From Bacteroidota bacterium (GTDB lineage: Bacteria > Bacteroidota > Bacteroidia > Bacteroidales > UBA7960): a stretch of 64,000 nt of DNA. Location: contig JAGXRQ010000019.1 in the NCBI GenBank assembly GCA_018335675.1, positions 7,006-71,005 on the forward strand, given 5' to 3'. Positions 22,206 through 32,914 of the stretch are shown one piece after another; position 1 is the first letter of the stretch, and every line of letters begins with the position of its first letter. Below the pieces are notes generated by a model. That model ran no database searches. It saw nothing but the letters and a program-made list of their open reading frames with translations, and had not been told where the DNA came from. The position numbers and the translations under genes were made by a program.

Positions 22206-22961
22206 TTACCTATCAAGTTTAAAGCTGGTACCCAAATACACTCTTCTTACTTCTTCATCCATTGCTAGTTCTTCAGCTGTTCCCGACTTAAGGATTTTTC
22301 CTTCGAATAATAAATAAGCGCGGTCTGTAATGTTTAATGTTTCGTGAACATTATGGTCGGTAATCAGAACGCCAATGTTTTTGGCTTTGAGTTTTTTTAC
22401 AATAGATTGAATATCTTCAACTGCAATAGGGTCGACTCCGGCAAATGGTTCATCAAGCAATATATACTTTGGGTCAACGGCTAATGAACGAGCAATTTCT
22501 ATTCTTCTTCTTTCACCTCCTGAAAGCGTATTTCCTTTGCTTTTTCGGATTGCCTGAAGTCCGAACTCCTCAAGCAGTGACTCTAGTTTTTCTTTTTGTT
22601 CTTGCTTGCTTTTTTTTGTAAATTCCAATACAGCCTTAATGTTATCTTCAACACTTAAATTTCTAAATACACTTGCCTCTTGTGCTAAATACCCAATTCC
22701 CCTTTGCGCTCGCTTATACATTGGTAACTTTGTTATATCTTCATTTCCTAGAGAAATTGTGCCTTCCAATGGTTTAATTAATCCCACAATCATGTAAAAA
22801 GTAGTTGTTTTGCCAGCACCGTTTGGACCTAAAAGTCCGACAATTTCTCCTTGGTCTAGAGATATTGACACATTATTTACTACAGCTCTGTTTTTGTATT
22901 TTTTAACCAGATTTTCAGTATATAGCCTTAAGCCCTTGTTTTCTGAAGATACTTTTTCCAT
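22206..22961 (-). CDS. lptB: LPS export ABC transporter ATP-binding protein
   Basis: [51 protein letters not shown] and VRRVYLG. Confidence 0.96.
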   Translation of the reverse strand: MEKVSSENKGLRLYTENLVKKYKNRAVVNNVSISLDQGEIVGLLGPNGAGKTTTFYMIVGLIKPLEGTISLGNEDITKLPMYKRAQRGIGYLAQEASVFRNLSVEDNIKAVLEFTKKSKQEQKEKLESLLEEFGLQAIRKSKGNTLSGGERRRIEIARSLAVDPKYILLDEPFAGVDPIAVEDIQSIVKKLKAKNIGVLITDHNVHETLNITDRAYLLFEGKILKSGTAEELAMDEEVRRVYLGTSFKLDR

Positions 22962-23098
22962 AAATTGAGGTTATATTTTTTGAGTATAAATGACAAAAAT
23001 ATATAATTAGAAAAATTAGTAAATATTATTTTGCGCTGATAGATAATAGTGCTATATTTACGTTACAAATGTATAGAATTTATTAATAAGGTTGGCGG

Positions 23099-25294
23099 AT
23101 GGAAACCAAGTGTGATATTTCACTACGAGATTTGTTAAAAAAAATATTTGGGTATAGCAATTTCAAGGGTGATCAAGAAATAATAATTCAAAATCTTCTT
23201 CAGGGTAAAGACTCATTCGTTATAATGCCGACTGGTGCCGGCAAATCAATGTGTTATCAACTTCCTGCTTTGATCAGTGAAGGGACGGCTATAATAGTTT
23301 CTCCTTTAATTGCATTGATGAAAAATCAGGTAGATGCTATTAGGAATTTTGCATCACACGACGGAATAGCACATGTGTTAAATTCTTCTCTTACAAAGAA
23401 TGAAATTGTTAAAGTTAAGCAAGACCTTACAGCAGGAATAACAAAAATGTTATATGTTGCTCCAGAATCTCTTACTAAGGATGAAAATATTCAGTTTCTT
23501 AAGGATATAAATATTTCTTTTTTTGCTGTTGATGAAGCTCATTGTATTTCTGAGTGGGGTCATGATTTTAGACCGGAATATCGAAGATTAAGGCCTATTA
23601 TTAATGCATTAGGAAAGCCTGTTCCTGTTATTGCTCTTACAGCTACTGCAACTCCTAAAGTGCAGCAGGATATTCGCAAAAATCTAAATATGCAGAATGC
23701 AACCTTGTTTATTTCATCATTTAATAGGCCAAATCTTTATTATGAAATAAGGCCAAAGAATGAAAATTCAATTAAAGATATAATAAGGTTTGTGAAGGCA
23801 AACCCCGGGAAATCCGGAATTATTTATTGCCTGAGTAGAAAAAAAGTTGAGGAAGTTGCTGAAACTCTTCAGGTTAACGGTATTAGAGCATTGCCTTATC
23901 ATGCAGGATTAGAAACAAATGTGAGAGTTACTAATCAAGATAAGTTTCTTATGGAGGATGTTGATGTTATTGTTGCAACAATAGCATTTGGGATGGGAAT
24001 AGATAAACCAGACGTAAGATATGTAATTCATTACGACATTCCTAAAAGCTTAGAGGGCTATTACCAGGAAACAGGGCGCTCGGGAAGAGATGATGGAGAA
24101 GGAAATTGTATCGCATTCTACTCTTATGAGGATATTAAAAAATTAGAAAAATTTCTAAAGGGTAAACCGGTTGCTGAACAGGAAATTGGCATGCAATTAT
24201 TGTACGAAACCGTTGCCTATGCTGAGTCTTCATTATGTCGTAGAAAGGTGCTGTTAAACTATTTCGGAGAAAATTATCCAAACGAAAATTGTGGGGCATG
24301 CGATAATTGTTTATATCCTAAAGAAAAATTTGAAGGAAAAGAATATATTTGCCTGCTGATTGAAACAGTAATTGAAATTAAAGAATTATTCAACGCAAAA
24401 CATGTAATTAACATACTTATGGGAAAAAATTCAGCAACCATAAAATCCTGCAAACACAATAATTTAGAGGTTTTTGGGAAGGGAGCCGACCAGGATGAGA
24501 AATTCTGGAGCGCTGTGATCAGACAGAGTCTGGTAGAGAGATTATTAGATAAAGATATTGAAAATTATGGTCTTCTTAAGGTTACATCTAAAGGTAAGAA
24601 GTATCTTGAATCACCTACTTCAATTAAACTTAGTAAAGATCATGATTATAACAGCCCTGATGATGACCCAATGGGCAGAGGCGGTCAAAAAACCAGCGCC
24701 AGCGACAAAGTATTATTCGCACTTTTAAAAGACCTTAGAAAGGAAATTGCTAAGAAAAATAATCTGCCTCCTTTTGTAATCTTCCAAGACCCATCGCTTG
24801 AAGATATGGCAATTCAATATCCTATCAACCTTAACGAATTGAAACAAATTACAGGTGTTGGTGCCGGAAAAGCTGAGAAGTTCGGTAAGCCTTTTGTTGA
24901 ACTTATCACCAAATATGTTGAGGAAAATGAAGTTGAAAGGCCAATGGATATGATTGTTAAATCTGTTGTGAATAAATCAGGTCTTAAAGTTTATATAATT
25001 CAAAATATTGACAGAAAAGTATCTTTAGAGGATATTGCATTTACAAAAGGCATTGAATTCGAAGAAGTATTGGCTGAACTTGAAAGCATTGTCGCCTCCG
25101 GAACAAAAATCGATATAAGCTATTATATTAATCAAGTGATTGAACCTGATAAACAAGAAGAGATTTTTGAATATTTTTCCACTGCAGAAACAGATTCTTA
25201 TCTTGATGCTCTGAAAGAGCTTGGAGAAGACGATTATACCGAAGAAGAAATAAGATTGATGAGAATCAAGTTTATGTCGGAAATGGGTAACTAA
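23099..25294 (+). CDS. recQ: ATP-dependent DNA helicase RecQ
   Basis: MPTGAGKSMCYQ, VDEAHCISEWGHDFRPEY, TATAT, zinc-binding CRR...CGACDNC, RQC and HRDC domains. Confidence 0.96.
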   Translation: METKCDISLRDLLKKIFGYSNFKGDQEIIIQNLLQGKDSFVIMPTGAGKSMCYQLPALISEGTAIIVSPLIALMKNQVDAIRNFASHDGIAHVLNSSLTKNEIVKVKQDLTAGITKMLYVAPESLTKDENIQFLKDINISFFAVDEAHCISEWGHDFRPEYRRLRPIINALGKPVPVIALTATATPKVQQDIRKNLNMQNATLFISSFNRPNLYYEIRPKNENSIKDIIRFVKANPGKSGIIYCLSRKKVEEVAETLQVNGIRALPYHAGLETNVRVTNQDKFLMEDVDVIVATIAFGMGIDKPDVRYVIHYDIPKSLEGYYQETGRSGRDDGEGNCIAFYSYEDIKKLEKFLKGKPVAEQEIGMQLLYETVAYAESSLCRRKVLLNYFGENYPNENCGACDNCLYPKEKFEGKEYICLLIETVIEIKELFNAKHVINILMGKNSATIKSCKHNNLEVFGKGADQDEKFWSAVIRQSLVERLLDKDIENYGLLKVTSKGKKYLESPTSIKLSKDHDYNSPDDDPMGRGGQKTSASDKVLFALLKDLRKEIAKKNNLPPFVIFQDPSLEDMAIQYPINLNELKQITGVGAGKAEKFGKPFVELITKYVEENEVERPMDMIVKSVVNKSGLKVYIIQNIDRKVSLEDIAFTKGIEFEEVLAELESIVASGTKIDISYYINQVIEPDKQEEIFEYFSTAETDSYLDALKELGEDDYTEEEIRLMRIKFMSEMGN

Positions 25295-25323
25295 AACACT
25301 AATGTTAATTAACCAAACTAATT

Positions 25324-25365
25324 TTCAGCATTATTTATAAGGTTAACCTTATTTATAATGCTGAA
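25324..25365 (+). terminator. Long palindrome after recQ, probable terminator
   Basis: TTCAGCATTAT-tt-ATAAGGTT/AACCTTAT-tt-ATAATGCTGAA near-perfect inverted repeat. Confidence 0.5.
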
Positions 25366-25394
25366 TTATTTGAATAAAACTAAACTATTGAATT

Positions 25395-26030
25395 ATGGAA
25401 AACGAAAAAATTGAAAAATGTTCAGGCAATACTAAATTTAGTGTGTTTGCAGCAATTAATATTATTACACTTTTAGCTGTTGTTATACTATTTGTTTTGC
25501 ATTTTACAAATGGAAGTAAAACTGCAGTGGTTGAAACAACTTCAAATGATAGTACGTCAACAGAAGGAATTAGAGTAGTGCACGTAAATAGCGATGAAAT
25601 TGTTGAGCAATATTATCTTACAGGTATTCTTAAAAAAGATTTTGAAAAAGAGAAAAAAAGCCTTGAGAATGAATTTGGAAGAAGACAGAGAGCTTTCCAG
25701 AAGGATGTTGAGACTTTCCAAACTAATGTTCAGCAAGGAAAAATATCTAATGAAAATGCAATGAAAAGGGAAAGGGAGCTTATGCTAACCCAACAGGAAT
25801 TGTATGAACTTAACGAACAGTTTACAGAAAGATTAATGATGTTGGAAATGGAAATGCAAAAGCAAATTACAGATAGCCTTACAACCTTTTTAGCTCGTTA
25901 TAATCAGAATAAAAACTATGATTATATTCTTGGTTACGCTCGTGGAGGTGGAATTCTTTTTGCAAGCCCAGGTGTTGATATAACTCAAGAAGTTATTGAA
26001 GAATTGAAGAAAACTGAACCTAAGAAATGA
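25395..26030 (+). CDS. OmpH/Skp family periplasmic chaperone
   Basis: N-terminal TM anchor, VVHVNSD, coiled-coil body and YDYIL...ILFA...DITQEVI. Confidence 0.85.
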   Translation: MENEKIEKCSGNTKFSVFAAINIITLLAVVILFVLHFTNGSKTAVVETTSNDSTSTEGIRVVHVNSDEIVEQYYLTGILKKDFEKEKKSLENEFGRRQRAFQKDVETFQTNVQQGKISNENAMKRERELMLTQQELYELNEQFTERLMMLEMEMQKQITDSLTTFLARYNQNKNYDYILGYARGGGILFASPGVDITQEVIEELKKTEPKK

Positions 26031-27031
26031 GAAAAATAAAAAGCATTCTTGTTATTTTCCTTCTGATTCATTTGGTGTTAATGCCGGCATATATCTTTGG
26101 CGGTGATAATTTTACATTGGTTATTCATGGAGGATCGGGTAATATACCTCGTGAAACCATTACAGAACAAGAGATGATTGAGTATGAATCAGTCCTTGCA
26201 CTTGCATTAAAGCACGGTGAGCAGATGTTGAAAAGTGGAGCCGATGCCTTAGATGTTGTAGTGGAAGTGGTTAAAATTCTTGAAGATTCTTCATTGTTTA
26301 ATGCAGGTAAAGGCTCTGTGTTTAATATTGATGGAAGAAATGAGCTTGATGCCTCAATAATGTGCGGTAAAACAGGCAATGCGGGTGCTGTTGCCGGTGT
26401 TACAACAATAAAAAACCCAATTGAAGCGGCAAGAAAAGTAATGGAGAAGTCCCCTCATGTTATGATGATTGGCAAAGGTGCTGAATTATTTGCTTTTGAA
26501 CAGGGTGTTACAATTGTTGATCCTTCTTATTTCTTCGACCAGAAGAGATGGAATCAATACAGGGAAGTACTTAGGAAAAGCCAGGGAAGCATTGATAATG
26601 AAGACCAAAATGAAAAAATGGGAACTGTTGGTGCTGTTGCACTTGATAAGAATGGCAACATGGCAGCTGCTACTTCAACCGGAGGTATGGTTGCAAAAAA
26701 ATATGGTAGAGTTGGCGACAGCCCGATAATTGGAGCAGGTACATATGCGGAAAATGGAGTTTGTGCAGTATCAGCTACCGGACACGGTGAGTTTTTTATA
26801 AGAAATGTTGTTGCTTATGATATAGCTGCACAGGTAAAATATGCAGGTAAAACAATTGAAGAAGCTGCCGGCAATATAATTAAAGGCAAATTAGCTGATT
26901 TAAAAGCTAATGGCGGGGTTATAGTTTTGGATAAAGATGGAAATGTTGCTATGGTTTTTAATACAACAGCTATGTTTCGTGGATATATCAATCATAAAGG
27001 AGAGTCGCAGGTAAAAATATTCGAAGATTAA
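26027..27031 (+). CDS. iaaA: Isoaspartyl peptidase/L-asparaginase (Ntn hydrolase)
   Basis: IHGGSG, FNAGKGSV, ELDASIM, GTVGAVA (nucleophilic Thr), ATSTGG, GRVGDSPIIGAG and SATGHGE. Confidence 0.92.
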   Translation: MRKIKSILVIFLLIHLVLMPAYIFGGDNFTLVIHGGSGNIPRETITEQEMIEYESVLALALKHGEQMLKSGADALDVVVEVVKILEDSSLFNAGKGSVFNIDGRNELDASIMCGKTGNAGAVAGVTTIKNPIEAARKVMEKSPHVMMIGKGAELFAFEQGVTIVDPSYFFDQKRWNQYREVLRKSQGSIDNEDQNEKMGTVGAVALDKNGNMAAATSTGGMVAKKYGRVGDSPIIGAGTYAENGVCAVSATGHGEFFIRNVVAYDIAAQVKYAGKTIEEAAGNIIKGKLADLKANGGVIVLDKDGNVAMVFNTTAMFRGYINHKGESQVKIFED

Positions 27032-27033
27032 AA

Positions 27034-27534
27034 TTATTTCTGATTCTCATATTGCATAATCTCATCATTAAAATAATCTAATATTACACCTGCATCAGCA
27101 AACATTTTTTCTGATTCTGCACCTGCGTGATATTTCTTCTCGCAAACAACTCTTTTTATTCCACAGTTAATAATTAGCATTGCACAAACCCTGCATGGAG
27201 TCATGCGACAATATAATGTTGCCCCTTCAATGCTTATTCCCAATCTGGCAGCCTGGCAAATAGCATTTTGCTCAGCATGCACTGTTCTAACACAATGCAT
27301 GGTTGTACTTCCATCTTCATGAAGCATTTTCTTCATCTGGTGACCAACATCATCGCAGTGAGGCAGGTTTTTCGGAGAACCAACATAACCTGTAACAAGT
27401 ATTTGTCTGTCGCGTTCAATTACACAACCGCTCCTTCCTCTGTCGCATGTGGCTCTCTTGCTTACTGTATGGGCTATTTCCATGAAATATTCATCCCAAC
27501 TGGGGCGATTGTACTCGGATGTTTTGTCCTGCAT
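27034..27534 (-). CDS. dCMP deaminase family protein
   Basis: RPSWDEYFM, HAEQNA and PCRVC zinc-binding deaminase motifs. Confidence 0.92.
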   Translation of the reverse strand: MQDKTSEYNRPSWDEYFMEIAHTVSKRATCDRGRSGCVIERDRQILVTGYVGSPKNLPHCDDVGHQMKKMLHEDGSTTMHCVRTVHAEQNAICQAARLGISIEGATLYCRMTPCRVCAMLIINCGIKRVVCEKKYHAGAESEKMFADAGVILDYFNDEIMQYENQK

Positions 27535-27682
27535 ATGTCTGTTTCTTTTATTTTGCGTTCCAAAATTATAACATTTACTTGAACATCAATTTTTAAAAGA
27601 ATTTTTTTTGATAAATATGGACTAAATTTCCTTAATTTTGGAATTGCTAATTTTTGCTAAAAAACTCGAAAAGATTACATTT

Positions 27683-30157
27683 ATGAAAAGATTCCTAACA
27701 ATAATAGTCGGTGTTTTATTTTTTTTCAAGCTGATTTCTTTTAATTCTGCGAATGCACAAGGGATTTCACAATTAGAATTTGACGCGCTTGTTGCTTTCT
27801 AGAATGCTACAAATGGGAATAGTTGGACAGATAATACTAACTGGAATTTAGCTGCAGACCCTGCAGATGTTGATAGTAACTGGGCCGGGCTTACGGTTAT
27901 TGGGGGGCATGTAACTCAAATAATTTTAAATAGTAATAACCTTTCAGGTACGTTGCCTCCAGAAAACGGCGATTTTTCTATGCTTAAGGATCTTATCATT
28001 CATAATAATAATATAGGCGGAAATCTACCTTCGCAAATTGGTAATCTTACAAATCTTGAATGGGCACGTTTGCACCGAAACCAGTTTACAGGAACCATTC
28101 CGGCTTCGTTTCAGAATCTAGTTAGTATGGTAAAGCTTGAGCTAAATGAAAATCTTTTCATAGGAAATATTCCCGCCGGATTGGGAAATTTGCCAAACCT
28201 TGAAGAGCTTCAACTTCATCAGAATACATTCACAGGTGATTTGCCAAACACATTTAGCAGTCTAACCAAGCTAAAAGTTCTTACTGTAAGAAATAATCAG
28301 TTTACTTACGTGCCAAATTTGTCACTAAATACTTCACTGGCTGAGTTAAAGGTTCAGGGCAATAGATTACATTTTGATGGCATTGAACATAATATTGGAA
28401 TAGGCTTGCCAACTTTAGATTACATATATACACCTCAGGCAAAAGTGGGAGTGCTCGAAACTCATAATTTGTATTGTGGGGAGCAGGTGATTTTGTCGGT
28501 AAGCGTTGGTGGGGTTAACAATACCTACAAATGGTTTAGAAATGGCACAGAAATTCCGGGAGCAACAAATACAACGCTAAATATCAGCAGTATGACTTCT
28601 GCAGATGCCGGAACCTATCATTGTGAAATTAGAAATACTGTTGCTACAGCTCTTGTGCTTACATCTGAAAATAAGGTAGTTAATTACCTTGGTGCAACAG
28701 CGCCGGTTGTTGCTTCAATAGCTGCTTCAGGAATTTCAAACAGTGTTGCAACAATATCTGGAAATGTAAGTTCAGGTGGGTGCGAAACTGTTACTGAAAG
28801 AGGATTCTTTTGGGGGGCATCTGCAAATGTTATAACTACCGGAACAAAAGTAGTTTTAGGTTCTGGTACAGGCAGCTACTTTACCCAAATAACAGCACTT
28901 TCTCCTAATACCACATATTATTTCAGAGCTTATGCGATTAATAGTATGGGCACCGCTTATGGAGATGAACTTAGTTTTGTTACATTGGCAAACCTGCCAA
29001 CGGTAATTACTGCTGATGCTACTAATATTCAGGCCTATTCTGCTACTTTGGGAGGAAATGCAACATCAGGAGGCGGATTGGATGTTCTACTCAGAGGTGT
29101 TTATTATAGCACTGAAGAAAATCCTGAAACTACGGGAACACAAGTTGTTATTGGTCATGGTCTGGGTGTTTTTTCTGATGTTGTTGAAGGACTTTCTCCG
29201 GGAACATTATATTATTTTAAAGCATTTGCCACTAATACCCAAGGAATGGCATATGGAGAGCAAAAAACTTTTACTACACTTCCGGTAATCCCAGTAGTAT
29301 TTACTGAGGAAGCATATGATATAACTCATAATTCAGCAATTGTTGGTGGATATATTGAATATAACGGAGGAGCTCCTATCACATCTCGAGGAGTATATTG
29401 GGGTATTCAGCAAAACCCATCTACTACAGGTACTCAGTTTAGAATGGGCACAGGAGCAGGAGATTTCTTCAATACTCTTACAGATCTACAGCCGGTAACT
29501 ACATATTACGTGCAGGCTTTTGCAACAAACATTGCAGGAACTGCTTTTGGCGAGCAAGTTGAATTTACTACTTTAGCAACTATCCCGGATGTGGAAACTA
29601 TCGATGCTTCTGACATTACTTCAACTTCAGCAAGAATTAACGGACAAGTTGTTTTTGATGGCGGTTCTACTGTTTTTGAAAGAGGCTTCTACTGGGGTTT
29701 GGATGCTTATCCGATGGAAAATGGTGAATTAGTTCAATTGGATCCGGGTGATGGTATGTTTTCTCAATATCTTGATGGTCTTGAGCCATCAACATACTAT
29801 TATTTTCAGGCGTTTGCAATTAATTCAGAAGGTATGGGAGAGGGTGAAGTTTTAATCTTCTTTACAGAATTAGCTGAACAAATTGTTTTTATTCCTACTG
29901 CGTTTAATCCATACAGTAGCATAGAAGTTAACCGAACTTTCAAGCCAATATTTGAGTTTACTCCTTCCGATTATGTTATTGAAGTTTATAATAGATGGGG
30001 TTCAAGGGTTTTCTATTCGGATAATTTTAATGATGGGTGGAATGGTTTTGCTAACGGCGTCGAATCGCCAATCGGACCATATCAGTATAAAGTCAGATAT
30101 ACTGATGAGAAGGGAGAAAAACATATTAAGATTGGGGTTGTGAACCTAGTAAAGTAG
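27683..30157 (+). pseudogene. T9SS cargo protein (signal peptide, LRRs, Ig, 4 FN3-like repeats, type B gliding-motility CTD) interrupted by an in-frame TAG at 27800-27802
   Basis: The frame is open from ATG 27683 (MKRFLTIIVGVLFFFKLISFNSANAQ...DALVAF*NATNGNSWTDNTNW) and continues in frame into ORF 27953-30157. C-terminal FIPTAFNP...YNRWG...GWNG. Confidence 0.8.
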
Positions 30158-30161
30158 AGGT

Positions 30162-30722
30162 TTAATCATTTGTGAGCTTTTGATAAATTTCTTCAGTCTG
30201 ATTGTATAATTCAGATACATTTCCATTGTTATTTATAACAAAATCTGCCTGCCTAATGCATTCGGATAAGTTTTGCTTGTTAGGATCTGTAGATTGCATT
30301 TCACGCTTTTCATTTTCGAGGAAAGTTTCAAAACTGACATTGTCGGTCTCTGATGCTCTTTCAACTATTCTTTCATAACGCGTTTTTGATTCGGCATCAA
30401 CTGCCAATAAAAAGAAATTGGGCTTTGACTTTAGCATCTCAATTTCTCCCGGGGTTCGTATACTTTCTATAATACAATTCTTTCCATTTTTGTATGCTTT
30501 CTCGTATAAAAGCTCAATAAGATATGCGGGGGAGTTATCTGCTCTGAGTTCGTTTGCTAAATTTGTAAGTGTATCTCTATTTACAGGCATTCCTCTCTTG
30601 TTTAGCTCTTCTGTTATAAGACCTCTTACTGAATAATGAACAAAGCCTTTGTTCCTTACCAGATAGTCAACAACGGTTCCTTTGCCTGCTCCTAATGTGC
30701 CTGTAATACCTATGATTATCAT
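30162..30722 (-). CDS. P-loop nucleotide-kinase-like protein (dephospho-CoA/NMP kinase-like)
   Basis: IIGITGTLGAGKGT Walker A, ESIRT.GE, RYERI..R and AD.VINNNG. ATG 30722 is preferred because the TTG at 30737 lies within a TACTTTTG -7 element (30735-30742). Confidence 0.8.
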   Translation of the reverse strand: MIIIGITGTLGAGKGTVVDYLVRNKGFVHYSVRGLITEELNKRGMPVNRDTLTNLANELRADNSPAYLIELLYEKAYKNGKNCIIESIRTPGEIEMLKSKPNFFLLAVDAESKTRYERIVERASETDNVSFETFLENEKREMQSTDPNKQNLSECIRQADFVINNNGNVSELYNQTEEIYQKLTND

Positions 30723-30824
30723 TTGAGTTTTTTTCAAAAGTAAGAAAAAATGAAATTACAAGGCTGATAAATTATTTTTCAAGAATAAAATCAAAATTGT
30801 ACTTTAGCGGCAAATAGTTTTATA

Positions 30825-31733
30825 ATGAAATCATACATAGCAAAAAACATAGTTAACATTCTGTTGTATATATCTTTGGCATTTTTTGTTTGGTATTTAT
30901 ACAGCCTGGACTATTTTATACTATCAGAGCTGAAAATCAATTACTACTATCTGTCACTTTCATTGTTTTTGATGTTTTTTGGGTTTTTCCTCACAGCAGT
31001 AAGTTGGTGGTTTATTTTAAAACAACATGGAATAGAAATCGGGATTAAGAAAAGTATAATCTCTCATGGTTTATATGTTTTTACAAAGTATATTCCCGGG
31101 AAAGTTTGGGTAATCTTAGGCAGGGCAGGGGCTGTAAGCAAGTATTCAGGGGTTTCTATAAATGAGCTTGGGGTTATTTCTCTGAAGGAACAGTTTGTTT
31201 ATGTAATTTGGGGGTTGATTTTTGGGTTAGTTCCCGTTATTGTAATATTTGGTTTTGGCTTGTATGCAGTAATAGTTGTTTTGACAATAACTGGTTTATT
31301 GCTTTTGTTTTTTTCTAAGCCTATTCACAGACTTGGAATTCTTATTTTGTCAAAACTTTTCAGAAAACCAATAGATATTCCTTATATAAATCTTAAAACA
31401 GCAACTAAGGTTTCAGGATTTATAATACTTTATTGGTTATCATGGTCGGTAGGGTTTTATTTTCTACTCTTTTCAGTTTTCGAAGATGCGCCAATTCTTA
31501 GCGCCTTCTCATTTCCATTGGGAGTTTCCTTTGGTGTATTGGTGTTGTTTCTGCCGGGAGGTATAGGCGTGAGGGAGTCTATAATTACAGGCTTCCTTGT
31601 TTCCATAGGAGTAACTCTGGAAATGGCAATTACAATCTCTGTGCTTCAAAGGCTTTGGTTTATTTGCGGAGAGGTTTTTATTTTTGTGCTTTCTTTGGTG
31701 TTAAGATCTTTTAAGGGCTCATCTCCGCAGTAA
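30825..31733 (+). CDS. Lysylphosphatidylglycerol-synthase TM-domain (flippase-like) membrane protein
   Basis: Multi-pass protein with KYIPGKVW and PGGIGVRE motifs. Confidence 0.8.
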   Translation: MKSYIAKNIVNILLYISLAFFVWYLYSLDYFILSELKINYYYLSLSLFLMFFGFFLTAVSWWFILKQHGIEIGIKKSIISHGLYVFTKYIPGKVWVILGRAGAVSKYSGVSINELGVISLKEQFVYVIWGLIFGLVPVIVIFGFGLYAVIVVLTITGLLLLFFSKPIHRLGILILSKLFRKPIDIPYINLKTATKVSGFIILYWLSWSVGFYFLLFSVFEDAPILSAFSFPLGVSFGVLVLFLPGGIGVRESIITGFLVSIGVTLEMAITISVLQRLWFICGEVFIFVLSLVLRSFKGSSPQ

Positions 31734-31789
31734 TCGTTAAGATTAGTCGTTGTTCCAAACGATAACGAAGAATTTTAGACACCTTTGTA

Positions 31790-31811
31790 TTGGCAGGTCA
31801 AGCCCTGCCAA
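31790..31811. terminator. Hairpin between convergent genes
   Basis: TTGGCAGG-TCAAGC-CCTGCCAA. Confidence 0.45.
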
Positions 31812-31819
31812 AACCCACA

Positions 31820-32914
31820 TCAACTTTTATTCAGCTTGTCATTATTCTGAATGTCCATCCACATTGCAAATAACAACGACTGAAATCCGCTGATGAATGA
31901 AAACATAAATGCAATCGCTGTAAGAGGATTAACTGTTAATCCCTGAATTGCCACAGCAATAATTTTTGCTCCATAAGGGATAGATATTCCAAGTAAGATA
32001 AATGCAAAATGATAAAGAATAAACAGTGGATGAAAATCTCTTATCAGATATCTATTCCAGATTCTTTGGAAGAATGATTTTTTCAGCAACCAAATGATAG
32101 GTAATACTATTTTTCTGACTTTCATTTTTGATTGCTCTCCAACATTGTAAATTGGCTTTATTGGCACTTCCTTTAGTGTGCAGCAAGCTATGTTTAGTTT
32201 AACGAGCATGTCGTTTGGCATTCCGTATCTTGGGTATATTTTGTAAAGTTTGATGGCTTGCAATGCCTTTAATGATATTGCAGTGTAACCTGTTTGAGTA
32301 TCTGAAACCGACCAATATCCGCTGGCAACTTTTGTTAGAATTGACAGTATTGAATTGCCAATGAATCGTTTTTTCGGTATAAGAAAAGCTGCGCTTTTAT
32401 GAGAGAGTCTGTTGCCTTTTACATAATCTATATTTTCTTCAATTACCGGAAGGCAAATAGATTCAAGTTCGTCAGGATCCATTTGCCCGTCGCCTGCCAT
32501 CACAGCTGTGCAATCAATCAGATTGTCTTTGGCCCATTTATATCCTCGGGCAATTGCACCACCAACGCCCGAGTTTTTAAGCAGGTTTATTAATACTATC
32601 TTCTCATCTTTTTCGCTTGTAATAACTTCTGAAGGCGCAAAATATTCAAGTTCTTTTTTATTTAATTCCTCTAGAATTAAGTCAGCCCTATTATAAAGAT
32701 TTTTCTTAACCTTTTCTACTTCAGGGATTGAAGCTTTGTTGAGTTTTCCGAAGTATGTTTTTACAACTTCTGCTGTTTTGTCTTTTGAGCAATCATTAAC
32801 AATCACAATTCTATCAACAAAGTCGGGCATGCTTTCAATCACAAGTCCAATCTGAGTTTCTTCATTATATGCAGGTACTACCACTGCAATGGTTTTTCCG
32901 TTAATCATTTTCAA
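31820..32914 (-). CDS. Family 2 glycosyltransferase (polyprenol-phosphate sugar synthase-like)
   Basis: VVVPAYNEE, VNDCSKD, MAGDGQMDP, KGNR, SDTQTGY and two C-terminal TM helices. Confidence 0.88.
   Translation of the reverse strand: MKMINGKTIAVVVPAYNEETQIGLVIESMPDFVDRIVIVNDCSKDKTAEVVKTYFGKLNKASIPEVEKVKKNLYNRADLILEELNKKELEYFAPSEVITSEKDEKIVLINLLKNSGVGGAIARGYKWAKDNLIDCTAVMAGDGQMDPDELESICLPVIEENIDYVKGNRLSHKSAAFLIPKKRFIGNSILSILTKVASGYWSVSDTQTGYTAISLKALQAIKLYKIYPRYGMPNDMLVKLNIACCTLKEVPIKPIYNVGEQSKMKVRKIVLPIIWLLKKSFFQRIWNRYLIRDFHPLFILYHFAFILLGISIPYGAKIIAVAIQGLTVNPLTAIAFMFSFISGFQSLLFAMWMDIQNNDKLNKS

Noticed and set aside
27800-27802. Pyrrolysine or genome-wide TAG recoding
   Set aside because: TAG ends many genes here at their expected C-termini (guaA, porU, the sigma gene), the aligned residue is Tyr, and no pyl genes are in the window.
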